A DNA stretch of 64,000 nt from an uncultured delta proteobacterium (GTDB lineage: Bacteria; Desulfobacterota; Desulfobaccia; Desulfobaccales; 0-14-0-80-60-11). Made by a program: the position numbers and the translations under genes. The stretch's first letter is position 1; each line of letters begins with the position of its first letter. This document shows positions 55,110-64,000 of this stretch, one piece after another. The stretch spans positions 32,001 through 96,000 of the forward strand of contig CAWETI010000003.1 in NCBI GenBank assembly GCA_963812015.1, in the 5' to 3' direction. The notes beneath the pieces were generated by a model, which saw only the letters and a program-made list of their open reading frames with translations, searched no databases and was not told where the DNA came from.

Positions 55110-56663
55110 TTACACCGGTATATTGCCGTGCTTCTTGGCCGGCAGGGTCTCCCGCTTGGTGCTCAGGATTTCCAGGGCCTCGATGAGCCGGGGCCGGGTC
55201 TCCCGGGGCGCGATCACCTGGTCCACAAAGCCCCGGGACGCGGCAATGTAAGGGTTGTAGAGCAGGTTCTCGTAATTGTCGATGATCTCAGCCCGCTTGG
55301 CCGCCGGGTCCGCGGCCGCCTTGATCTCTTTCCGGAAGATGACGTTGGCCGCGCCCGAGGCCCCCATCACCGCGATCTCGGCGGTGGGCCAGGCGATGAC
55401 CATATCCGCGCCCAGGTCCCGGGAGCACATGGCCAGATACGACCCGCCGTAGTCCTTCCGGGTCACCAACGTGATCTTGGGCACCGTGGCCTCGGAGTAG
55501 CACCACAGCAGCTTGGCCCCGTGGCGAATGATGCCCTGCCACTCCTGGTCGCTCCCCGGCAGGTACCCCGGCACGTCGGCGATGGTGAGGAGCGGGATAT
55601 TGAAGGCGTCACAGAAGCGGATGAACCGGGTGGCCTTGTCCGCCGCGTCACAGTCCAGGCAGCCCGCCAGCACCTTGGGGTTGTTGGCGATGATGCCCAG
55701 GGGCCGGCCGTTCAGGCGCGCCAGGGCCACCACCATGTTGCCGGCGAAGTGGGCGTGGGGCTCAAAAAAGTCCCCGTCGTCCACGATGGCGGCGATGACG
55801 TCGTGCACGTCGTAGGACGACCGGGGGTCGTCCGGCACGATGGCGTCCAGGGCCGGGGCCTCGCGACCGGCCGGATCGGCGCAGGGCGCCAGGGGCGGGT
55901 CTTCCATATTGTTGTTGGGCAAAAAGCTCAGCAGCCGCTTGATCTGCTCGATGGTGTCGGCGTCGGACTCGCAGGCGAAGTGGGCTACGCCGCTTTTCAT
56001 GTTGTGGGCCATGGCGCCGCCCAAATCTTCCTGGCTGATCTCCTCCCCGGTGACGCTCTTGATGACGTCGGGCCCGGTGATGAACATGTAGGAGGTGTTC
56101 TTCACCATGAAGATAAAATCCGTCATGGCCGGGGAGTAGACCGCGCCCCCGGCGGTGGGGCCCATGATGGCGGAGATCTGGGGGATGACCCCGGAGGCGA
56201 TGGCGTTGCGGTAGAAGATCTGTCCATAGGCGGAAAGGGAATCCACGCCCTCCTGGATGCGGGCCCCGCCGGAGTCGTTGAACCCCACAAAGGGCACCCC
56301 GGCCTTCAGGGCCAGGTCCATGACCTTGCAGATCTTTTTGCTGTGCATCTCCCCCAGGGAACCGGCCCGGGAGGTAAAATCCTGGGCAAAGGCAAAGACC
56401 GGCCGGCCGTTGACCTTGCCGAAGCCGGTCACCACCCCGTCCGCCGGGATCTCCACCTGCTCCATGCCGAAGTTGACGCAGCGGTGCTTGACAAAAATAT
56501 CCGTCTCCCGGAAGGTCCCCGGGTCAAAGAAGAGGTCCAGGCGCTCCCGGGCGGTGAGCTTGCCGCTGGCGTGCTGCTTCTCCACCGCCTTGGCCCCTCC
56601 CATGGCCTTGATCTGCCCCTCCTTCTCCTTCATCTCCCGGATCCTCTCGGCCACTGTCTTCAT
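55110..56663 (-). CDS. Methylmalonyl-CoA carboxyltransferase (transcarboxylase 12S / PccB-like)
   Basis: GKLTARER, DSGGARIQEG, GGAVYSPAMTD, DVPGYLPG, KKHGNIP. Confidence 0.93.
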   Translation of the reverse strand: MKTVAERIREMKEKEGQIKAMGGAKAVEKQHASGKLTARERLDLFFDPGTFRETDIFVKHRCVNFGMEQVEIPADGVVTGFGKVNGRPVFAFAQDFTSRAGSLGEMHSKKICKVMDLALKAGVPFVGFNDSGGARIQEGVDSLSAYGQIFYRNAIASGVIPQISAIMGPTAGGAVYSPAMTDFIFMVKNTSYMFITGPDVIKSVTGEEISQEDLGGAMAHNMKSGVAHFACESDADTIEQIKRLLSFLPNNNMEDPPLAPCADPAGREAPALDAIVPDDPRSSYDVHDVIAAIVDDGDFFEPHAHFAGNMVVALARLNGRPLGIIANNPKVLAGCLDCDAADKATRFIRFCDAFNIPLLTIADVPGYLPGSDQEWQGIIRHGAKLLWCYSEATVPKITLVTRKDYGGSYLAMCSRDLGADMVIAWPTAEIAVMGASGAANVIFRKEIKAAADPAAKRAEIIDNYENLLYNPYIAASRGFVDQVIAPRETRPRLIEALEILSTKRETLPAKKHGNIPV

Positions 56664-56904
56664 AAGCGGTTCCTCTTCTACCAAGATTATGCTGCAGGTT
56701 TTCTGAAGCTCAAAAAACGGGGCCCGGCTCCAGTGAGATGACACCCGGAGGGGGCCGCCTGACCATTAGTGTCCAGATTGTTCCAAACGTAATATGGCAG
56801 AAATTGACGTTGAAGGAGTATACCGGCGTCAGGCAAGATTGCAAATCCGACAATCTTTGATTGTTTTGTCAGAAATTTTCTTACAGGGCGGCGGCGGCGG
56901 GGCC

Positions 56905-57543
56905 TCAGAGCTCCACGAGCCGGGTCTGGAGGGCAAAACGCGACAATTCCGTATTGTTCCGGAGATTAAGTTTTTTCAGCAGGCGGGCGCGGTAGGTGTC
57001 CACGGTCTTGGTGCTCAGGTGGTAGGCCTCGGCAATCTCACGAACCGTTTGACCCAGGGCCAGATGGCGGAGCACCTGGATTTCCCTGGTGGATAGGGAA
57101 TCCAGAGGGGAACGGCCCTGGTCGCCCCGGGCCAGGCGCAGCGCCAGGGCCTCGGCGGCGGCATCGGTAAGGAAGCGCCCGCCGGCGTGCACTTTGCGGA
57201 TGGCTTTCACCAGCAACTCAGGGGCCGAGCGCTTGGTGATGTAACCCATGGCCCCGGCCTCAATGGCCCGGACTACATACTGCTCCTCTTCGTGCATGGT
57301 GAGGATGAGGATGGGCAGTTTCGGGTGGGAGAGCCGCAGTCGGCTGACGACTTCCAAGCCGTCCAGGCCGGGCATGGAAATATCGATGACCGCTACTTCC
57401 GGCGAGGTCTCCTCCACCCGGCGCATGGCTTCCTGGCCGTCGGCGGCTTCAGCCACCACCTCGATGTCGCCGCAATCTTCCACGATGCGGCGCAGACCGG
57501 CCCGCACAATGTCGTGATCGTCGGCCAAAAGGATCCGGATCAT
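56905..57543 (-). CDS. NarL/FixJ-family response regulator
   Basis: IRILLADDH, IDISMP, LSTREIQV..HTH. Confidence 0.93.
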   Translation of the reverse strand: MIRILLADDHDIVRAGLRRIVEDCGDIEVVAEAADGQEAMRRVEETSPEVAVIDISMPGLDGLEVVSRLRLSHPKLPILILTMHEEEQYVVRAIEAGAMGYITKRSAPELLVKAIRKVHAGGRFLTDAAAEALALRLARGDQGRSPLDSLSTREIQVLRHLALGQTVREIAEAYHLSTKTVDTYRARLLKKLNLRNNTELSRFALQTRLVEL

Positions 57544-57544
57544 C

Positions 57545-59230
57545 TTACTCGCTCCTGCTGCCATCGGTAGGTAATCTGAAACACACCGTCGTCCCCTGCC
57601 CGGGCCGGGACCGGATCTCCAGACTGCCGCCCAAAAGGCCGGCGCGTTCGCGCATGCCGGCCAGCCCCAGACACTCCAAGGCCGCGATCTCCTGGAGGTC
57701 GAAGCCCCGGCCATTGTCCTCCACGGCCAGGGTCAGCATGCCCTTCTCCGGTTGGAGGCTCACCTTTACCTGGGTGGCTGCGGCGTGGCGGGTCACGTTG
57801 GTTAAGGCCTCCTGGACAATGCGATAGGCGGCCGTGGCCCCGATGCCGTCGACCATGGACACCCGGCGGTGTTTGAAGATGCAGTCGATCCCAGTGCGCT
57901 TTTCAAAATCGGCGATGTACCACTCCAAGGCATCGATGAGGCCAAGATCGTCCAGCACCCCAGGGCGCAGCCGGGTGGCCAGGCCCCTGACCTCGTCAAT
58001 GGTGTGGTCAATGAGCTGGCACATGGCCAGGGCCCGGTCGCCGGCTTTGGGGTCTGATGGTTTCAGGCGTTCGCTGAGCCATACCGCGTCCATGCGGAGG
58101 GCGGTGAGCACCTGGCCCAGCTCATCGTGCAGTTCCCGGGCGATGGCTTTACGCTCCTTCTCCTGATTGGCCATGATGCTGCCGGAAAGACGCCTCAGTT
58201 GATCCCGGGCTTGCTTGAGTTCGGTGATATCCGTGGCAATCCCGCACAGTCCGGTGGGGACTCCCTGTTCGTCATACAGGGGAAATTTCACGGAAAGATA
58301 GGTGCGCAGCCCGGCCGGCGGAGGCAAGGCCTCCTCCACCTGATAAGGCTGCCGGGCGGCCAGGACTTGTAGATCGGAGGCACGGATCTGGGCCGCCACC
58401 TTGCGGGGAAAAATATCATAGTCGGATTTCCCGCAAATTTGCTCCCATCTGATCCCGAACAACTCCTCAAACCGGGAATTGACCAGGGTATAGCGGCCCT
58501 CCCGGTCCTTGGTATAAACCACCGAAGGGGTAAACCGGAGAATGCTCGTGATCTCCCGGGTCCGTTCCCGTACCTGGCGTTCCAGATCCCTGGAGTAGCC
58601 GCTCAGCTCTTCCTGCGCCTGTTTAAGCGCCGCCTCCGCCTTTTTCCGCTCCGAGAGGTCCCGGGCCACGCAGACGCTGCCGATGGTGCTGCCATGATCG
58701 TCCTTGAGCACACTGATGGAGATATCCATGGGGACGATGGTGCCGTCCTGTTTCTTCATGGGGATCTCAAATTCTCGCACTACGCCGTCCCGGCGCAGAC
58801 TCTGGAGCATGCGGTCCAGTTCATCGGGGTCGGCGTAGAGCTCGAAGGCCGTCTTATCGGCTAATTCTTCCAGTTCGTAGCCGTAGATTTCCACTGAGCG
58901 CTGGTTCCACAGGATAATCTTGCCATGCCGGTCAACGATACCGATGGCATCCACCGAGTTGTCGATGACATTTTCCAGGTATTCCTTGGTCCGCTTGAGT
59001 TCGGCCTCGGTCCGCTTCCGTTCTTCGATTTCTTGTTTCAGGTGCTGGTTGGCCTGCACCAGTTCCGCGGTACGCTCGCCGACGAGGTGTTCCAGTTCGG
59101 CGTACGCCCGCCGGCGCGCGACTTCGGCCAGTTTGCGGTAGTCTTTAAAGATCTCCAGTTCGGCGACGCGCTGACGCAGCGTTGACAGCTCTTCAATCAG
59201 TTGTGCCTTGGTTTTATCAAAATCCCGCAT
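57545..59230 (-). CDS. PAS-domain histidine kinase (HisKA_3)
   Basis: Two PAS domains, ERKAIARELHDELGQ, EDNGRGF, GLAGMRER. Confidence 0.92.
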   Translation of the reverse strand: MRDFDKTKAQLIEELSTLRQRVAELEIFKDYRKLAEVARRRAYAELEHLVGERTAELVQANQHLKQEIEERKRTEAELKRTKEYLENVIDNSVDAIGIVDRHGKIILWNQRSVEIYGYELEELADKTAFELYADPDELDRMLQSLRRDGVVREFEIPMKKQDGTIVPMDISISVLKDDHGSTIGSVCVARDLSERKKAEAALKQAQEELSGYSRDLERQVRERTREITSILRFTPSVVYTKDREGRYTLVNSRFEELFGIRWEQICGKSDYDIFPRKVAAQIRASDLQVLAARQPYQVEEALPPPAGLRTYLSVKFPLYDEQGVPTGLCGIATDITELKQARDQLRRLSGSIMANQEKERKAIARELHDELGQVLTALRMDAVWLSERLKPSDPKAGDRALAMCQLIDHTIDEVRGLATRLRPGVLDDLGLIDALEWYIADFEKRTGIDCIFKHRRVSMVDGIGATAAYRIVQEALTNVTRHAAATQVKVSLQPEKGMLTLAVEDNGRGFDLQEIAALECLGLAGMRERAGLLGGSLEIRSRPGQGTTVCFRLPTDGSRSE

Positions 59231-59384
59231 AGCGCCGGGCTCCCGCTCCCCCACTCTTATGTTCATATCATAACATGAAAATTTATCTGGAAAAATTGGA
59301 AAGGGTAACAGGTAAGTGTTGGGGGAGGAAGCCTGAGAAAGACGGCAGGGGCACTTACGAAAATGCCCCTGGTCCCTTCCCTCA

Positions 59385-59545
59385 GTCGTCGGGCGCGTCT
59401 CACGCGCCAATCATGGCGGCCACGGGCCGCCCGGTATGAGCTTTTCGAAGCAGTTACTTACGAAAGTAATGGTGCGCAGTGCGCACCCAGCGCTTACGGC
59501 TTTGCCAGGCACCGTAGGGGCGGGGCGCGAACCGCCCCTACAAAA
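59385..59545. repeat. Cluster of REP palindromes including a GTAG-type REP
   Basis: ggcgcgtctcacgcgcc; ggtgcgcagtgcgcacc; gtaggggcggggcgcgaaccgcccctac. Confidence 0.72.
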
Positions 59546-59600
59546 ATTTTTCAGAGAAGAGGTTTCATAATACCTGCCAGGCTTATCGTTTTCCCGTCCC

Positions 59601-61757
59601 TTACTTGGCGTCGGGCCGGAAGACGGTATCCCAGTCAGCCGGCGGCGGCGCCTCCTGGAAGCGCCGGCAGCGGTCCCGGTAGATCCGGGCCGGGCCGTCC
59701 TCCGGGGCCGCGGCGCAGATGGCCTCGAACCCGGCCAGGGCTTCAGAAAACCGCTGGTGGCGGTAGTGCTCCAGCGCCTGGGCGAAGTCCCGGCGCCGGT
59801 GGATCACCTCCGGTTCCAGTTCCCCCGTGAGGCCCAGGACCTGAAAGACCCGGACCGCTTGTTCCTTACCCTTGACCGCCACCAGGTCCAGTTCCCGAAA
59901 CTCCACTGCCCCGGCGCAGGCCGCCACCGTGGCCTCGCTGGCCATAACGTAGGAGCCGTAAAACTTGTTGAGGCCCTCCAGGCGGGAGGCCAGGTTGACG
60001 GTGTCGCCGATGACGGTATAGTCGAAGCGCTTCACCGAACCCAGGTTGCCCACGATGGCGTCGCCGGTGTTCAGCCCGATGCGCATGGACAGGGGCGGCA
60101 GGTTAAGGCCGGCAAACCGCTGGTTCAATTCCGCCAGGGCCGCCTGTTGTCTCAGGGCGGCGCGGCAGGCCCGGGCCGCCTGGTCCGGCTGGTCCAGGGG
60201 CGCGCCCCAGAAGGCCATGATGGCATCCCCTTCGAACTTGTCCACCGTGCCCTCTTCATCCAGGATGATCTCGGTCATGGCGGACAGGTAGTCGTTGAGC
60301 AGGCCCACCACAGTTTCGGCGCTGAGGCGCTCGGAAATCGTGGTGAACCCGGCCAGGTCCGAGAAAAACAGGGTGACCTGGCGGCGTTCGCCCCCCAGTT
60401 GCAGCTTTTCCGGGTGCTCCAGCAAATGGTTGATGACCGCGCCGGACATGTACTGGCCGAACATGCGCCGGATGTACAGCTTCTGGCGGCCCTCGGTGGC
60501 GTAGCTGAAGGCTGCGGCCAGGGCGAAGCTCAGGCTCAGAGCGATCCCCGGCAGCACCGGGTCGGCCCACCAGCCGAAATGGAAGGCCCCCACCGTCAGG
60601 CTCAAGTAAACCAGGGCCAGGACCGCGAATCCGGCCAGGGTGGCCATAAGCCCCGAGAAAAAGATGACCACCACCACCATGGCGGCGCTCAGGACGAAGA
60701 CCCCGGCCCACAGGACGCCCACGGGCACCGGCCGGAGGAAGTCACCCCGCAGCAGGTTATCCAGCAGGGTGGCATGCACCTCCACCCCAGGATACACCGC
60801 GGAAACCGGGCAGGCCTTCAGATCCAGGAGGCCCGGGGCGGTGAGGCCCACCAGCACCCATTTGCCGGCAAACGCCTCAGGCGGGTAGATGGGGGGGAGG
60901 CCGTGTTGGCGGCGGGACTCCGAGGCAATGAGGTTGGCTGCGGAAAACCGCGTATGACTGCGGCTGGGGCCGCGAAACTTGAGGAGAAAAAGCCCCTGGG
61001 GGTCCAAGGGAATGGGGGTGTTTCCCACCCATAGGGCGCCGGGCGCGAAGCGTAAGGGGTCCGGGGCCCCAAAGCGGTGAAACGCCGCGAACCCCAAAGT
61101 GGGCAGCCACTTATCCTTAAAGGGCACCACCAGGGGCACCCGGCGGTAGATGCCGTCCGCGTCCGGGCGGGTCTCGGCGTTCCCCAGGGCCTGGGCCGCG
61201 GTGAGCAGCGGCGGAATGGGCGTCACCACGGCGCGATAAGCGTGCGGGTCCAGGGGCGGAGGGCCGGGAATGGTGAGGCTGGCTTTCTTAAGGAGGTCCG
61301 GCTCCGAAGGGTTAGGCGGCTTGGTATCCCGGGAAAGGAAGAATGGCAGCGCCACGTTGCCGGCCGTCGCCGTGGCCTGGGCGAACCGCTGGTCGTCTTC
61401 GGGGCCGTAGGACGAAGCTTCGGTGAACAGGATGTCAAAGATCACCGCTTTGGCGCCGGCCCACCGGCAATAGTCGATGAGGGGGGCATAGATCTGCCGG
61501 GGCCAGGGCCAGGTAACCCCCTGGTTTTTGAAAAAATCCAGGTCGGGCTGATCCACGGTCACCACCACCACCTGGGGGGAAGCAGCCGGCAAAGGCACCC
61601 GGCGGAAGAGTGTATCCAGGGTCTTGAGGCGGTAGGGCTGGATGGCCCCGGAGAGATCCAGGGCCAGGGACAACACCAGGGCCGCCAGGGTAAGCCCCAG
61701 GGCGGCTAGCCATTTGGCGTGCCGGAAAGCGGCGGTAAGGCCGAGGTTACGTTTCAT
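59601..61757 (-). CDS. CHASE2-domain class III adenylate/guanylate cyclase
   Basis: WPWPR and PGVEVHA (CHASE2); FSDLAGFT, DKFEGDAIMAFWGAP, YTVIGDTVNLASRLE. Confidence 0.94.
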   Translation of the reverse strand: MKRNLGLTAAFRHAKWLAALGLTLAALVLSLALDLSGAIQPYRLKTLDTLFRRVPLPAASPQVVVVTVDQPDLDFFKNQGVTWPWPRQIYAPLIDYCRWAGAKAVIFDILFTEASSYGPEDDQRFAQATATAGNVALPFFLSRDTKPPNPSEPDLLKKASLTIPGPPPLDPHAYRAVVTPIPPLLTAAQALGNAETRPDADGIYRRVPLVVPFKDKWLPTLGFAAFHRFGAPDPLRFAPGALWVGNTPIPLDPQGLFLLKFRGPSRSHTRFSAANLIASESRRQHGLPPIYPPEAFAGKWVLVGLTAPGLLDLKACPVSAVYPGVEVHATLLDNLLRGDFLRPVPVGVLWAGVFVLSAAMVVVVIFFSGLMATLAGFAVLALVYLSLTVGAFHFGWWADPVLPGIALSLSFALAAAFSYATEGRQKLYIRRMFGQYMSGAVINHLLEHPEKLQLGGERRQVTLFFSDLAGFTTISERLSAETVVGLLNDYLSAMTEIILDEEGTVDKFEGDAIMAFWGAPLDQPDQAARACRAALRQQAALAELNQRFAGLNLPPLSMRIGLNTGDAIVGNLGSVKRFDYTVIGDTVNLASRLEGLNKFYGSYVMASEATVAACAGAVEFRELDLVAVKGKEQAVRVFQVLGLTGELEPEVIHRRRDFAQALEHYRHQRFSEALAGFEAICAAAPEDGPARIYRDRCRRFQEAPPPADWDTVFRPDAK

Positions 61758-61907
61758 AGTTCCTTGGGAAACAGGTGATTTGGTTTGGGGGTCGGGCCGG
61801 GCTTTTTCATATTTTTCATTTTTTTCATAAGGGAAGTCCCGCGCCCTTTCCCCCAGAATTTCAACGGCGTCTTATAGCGTTTGCCAAAAATTCCTTCCCA
61901 TGAATGG

Positions 61908-61984
61908 TTTTTAAATCCCCCTAAATCCCCTTTTTTCAAAGGGGGACTTTAAAAGGGATTCCGCTGAGTTCCCCCCTTTGAAAA
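61908..61984. repeat. REP-like element, family B
   Basis: Inverted copy of 8201-8277. Confidence 0.8.
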
Positions 61985-62060
61985 CGGGGAGTAGGGGGGA
62001 TTTAGGTTCTTGGAGCATGTGCCATAACGGCAAAAACTTCTGGCCATTGCTCTACCCCCC

Positions 62061-62998
62061 TCACGCCAGGCGGATACGGAACTTCTCCACCAGGTGGTGG
62101 GGGTGATAGGCCATTTTGGCCGTCCTCAGGCCCGCCTCCCCCAGGTCCTGCTCCCGGTTGACAAAGTCCACCTCGGCCCAGGCCTGCCGGCAGAACTGTT
62201 GATTAATGACGGCGTAAAGGCTCCGCAACTCCGGATCGGCCTTTTCCAGGTGGATGACCGCGGTTGCCTTATTGAGCAATTCGCCGCAGGAAAAAGCCCT
62301 CACCCGGTCATTAATGAGAATCACGCCCCCCTGGAGCTCCAAGGCCTGAAAATTAGCCAGGGCCGCAGTGATGGCCTCCCACTCCCCCAGCAGGGACAGA
62401 TCACACTCACACCTCTTCACCTGGCACCATCTGGCGCACAGGTACAGACAGGCTGACAAGTGTTTTTCCCCTAAGGGTTCATAGCGGAAGGGGTAAGACC
62501 GGGTCAGGCTGTTGATGTGGTTGCGCTGGCCATGATATTTGCTCCCAGACAGATTGATGAGGTCCCGGTGCGGTAGACGTAATCAAAATGATCTCGTCTA
62601 GGCTCCACCACGAATTCGTCCAGTCCGGCCAACTCAGTCGCCAGCCGGAGATCGGCCCGCTCAATGGCGGGGTTCGCCACCCCGCATTCGTCCCGGAGCC
62701 AGCCTAAGACCTGCCGGCAGAGATCGGCCCGGGGCGCAGGACCCACCGGCGGCAGGGCCCAGGCCTGGCCTCCGGCGACGGCACTCACCACCAGGAGCCG
62801 GTCCCGGTCTCGGGACCACTGGTAGCCATAGTGGGACTGCCATATAAAGAGATTGGTGAAGGTCAGCTCCGAGGTTTCGGCCTGGTAGTCCCAGAGGATT
62901 TTTTGGAATATTTCCCGGTCTGCCAACGCCAAAGGCTTGAACCGGGGGAAAACCGGCTCCGGGGCGGGAGAGTTGTTAGAGGGGAGCGATTCGGCCAT
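62061..62998 (-). pseudogene. DUF2156 / lysyl-phosphatidylglycerol-synthase-like domain protein, frameshifted near 62565
   Basis: SELTFTNLFIW..HFDYVYRT, then after adding one base DLINLSGSKYHGQRNHIN..HLEKAD..NREQDLGEAGLRTAKMAYHP. Confidence 0.82.
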
Positions 62999-63629
62999 TC
63001 TCCATAACCAGCGACTGATCGCCCAGCCGGCGGGCCTGGGCGGGATCGTGCGTCACTACTATTATGGTCGATTTTCTCGCGGTTTTCATCCTAAAGATGA
63101 TTTCTTCAATAATATCAGAATTTTTTTGATCGAGGTTGGCGGTGGGTTCATCGAGGCAGAAGACCTCGGGCTCGATGACCAGGGCCCGGGCGATGCCTAA
63201 GCGCTTGGTCTCGCCGCTGGAGAGGTCCAGGCCATTCTGCCGCCGCTTGTGGAGCAAACCCACGGTCCCCAGAACCTCGTTGACCCGTGCCTCGACCTCC
63301 TGACTGCTGCGGCCCCGGATTTTCAAGCCATAGGCCACATTGTGGAACACCGAGGTGTTGAAGACCCCGGTCCGGGGCAGAAGCAGGGTGATGCGGCGCC
63401 TCAAGCCGAGATCATGGGGGAGTTCGACGCCATTATCCCAATAGCGCACCTCCCCGGCGTCGGGGAGCTCCAGGAGGGCGGCGATCCGCAAAAAGGTGGA
63501 TTTGCCGCTGCCGTTTTGACCCATCAGGGCGTAGGTCCGGCCATGGTCGAAGCCAAAAGAGCACTCCCGCAAGACGGCCTGGCCGTTGTAGCTCTTAACG
63601 ATGCGGGCGACTTCCAGGTTTAATCCCAT
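62976..63629 (-). CDS. tupC: Tungstate-type ABC transporter ATP-binding protein
   Basis: GQNGSGKST, LSSGETKRLGIARAL, LDEPTANLD; follows a TupB-like permease. Confidence 0.75.
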   Translation of the reverse strand: MGLNLEVARIVKSYNGQAVLRECSFGFDHGRTYALMGQNGSGKSTFLRIAALLELPDAGEVRYWDNGVELPHDLGLRRRITLLLPRTGVFNTSVFHNVAYGLKIRGRSSQEVEARVNEVLGTVGLLHKRRQNGLDLSSGETKRLGIARALVIEPEVFCLDEPTANLDQKNSDIIEEIIFRMKTARKSTIIVVTHDPAQARRLGDQSLVMENGRIAPL

Positions 63630-64000
63630 AGCATGATCCCCGCCCGGACCCGGCCCAGCCGCTGGAAAAACCGGAGGCCGACGTTGATGGCCAGGGAAAT
63701 GAGCAGGAGGATGAGACCCAGGGCGATGGCCAGTTCAAACTCGCCTTTGTCCGTCTCCAAGGCGATGGTGGTGGTCATGACCCGGGTGTAGCCGGCGATG
63801 TTCCCTCCCACGATAATCACCGCCCCCACCTCGGCCATCACCCGGCCCAATCCCGCCATGACCCCAGCCATGATGCCGTAGCGGGCCTCCCGGATAACGG
63901 TGAAGACTTCCTGTAAGGGCGTGGCCCCAAGGGTGATGGCGGCCTGGCGGATCACCGGGTCCACCTTGACGATGGCGGCATGGGAGAGGGAAGCGACAAT
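63620..64000 (-). CDS. tupB: Tungstate ABC transporter permease (5' end outside the window)
   Basis: GRVMAEVGAVIIVGGNIAGYTRVMTTTIALET.KGEF. Confidence 0.85.
   Translation of the reverse strand: MVASLSHAAIVKVDPVIRQAAITLGATPLQEVFTVIREARYGIMAGVMAGLGRVMAEVGAVIIVGGNIAGYTRVMTTTIALETDKGEFELAIALGLILLLISLAINVGLRFFQRLGRVRAGIMLWD

Overview
64 kb of a GC-rich bacterial chromosome. Gene content (tetraheme cytochrome c3, selenocysteine formate dehydrogenase, Mod and Tup oxyanion transporters, a methylmalonyl-CoA transcarboxylase-type cluster, PAS-rich kinases) suggests an anaerobic Desulfobacterota/Syntrophobacteria-like organism; this is an inference. Most of the window is housekeeping and signalling genes separated by several families of REP-like palindromes. 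The best-supported find is a complete IS621-like IS110 element (2792-3980, minus strand) inserted into a REP at a CT core. Its non-coding left end contains all four bridge-RNA guide segments matching its own target and donor, a sigma70 promoter forms only at the circle junction, and an empty copy of the target REP lies at ~12427-12480. Other notable items: an intact IS1634-like transposase that appears to have lost all three DDE residues (possible domestication); a qatB-qatC pair without qatA/qatD; two AT-rich defence-like inserts flanking clpB (wHTH plus HEPN/Abi-like pair, and a SIR2 protein); a membrane-anchored pseudokinase; an in-frame UGA with a SECIS hairpin in fdh; two ModE-type boxes; an IS1595 remnant with a passenger gene; and three single-base homopolymer frameshifts that may be assembly errors. 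No rRNA, tRNA or CRISPR array was seen. Family assignments come from motif recognition by eye, not database searches.
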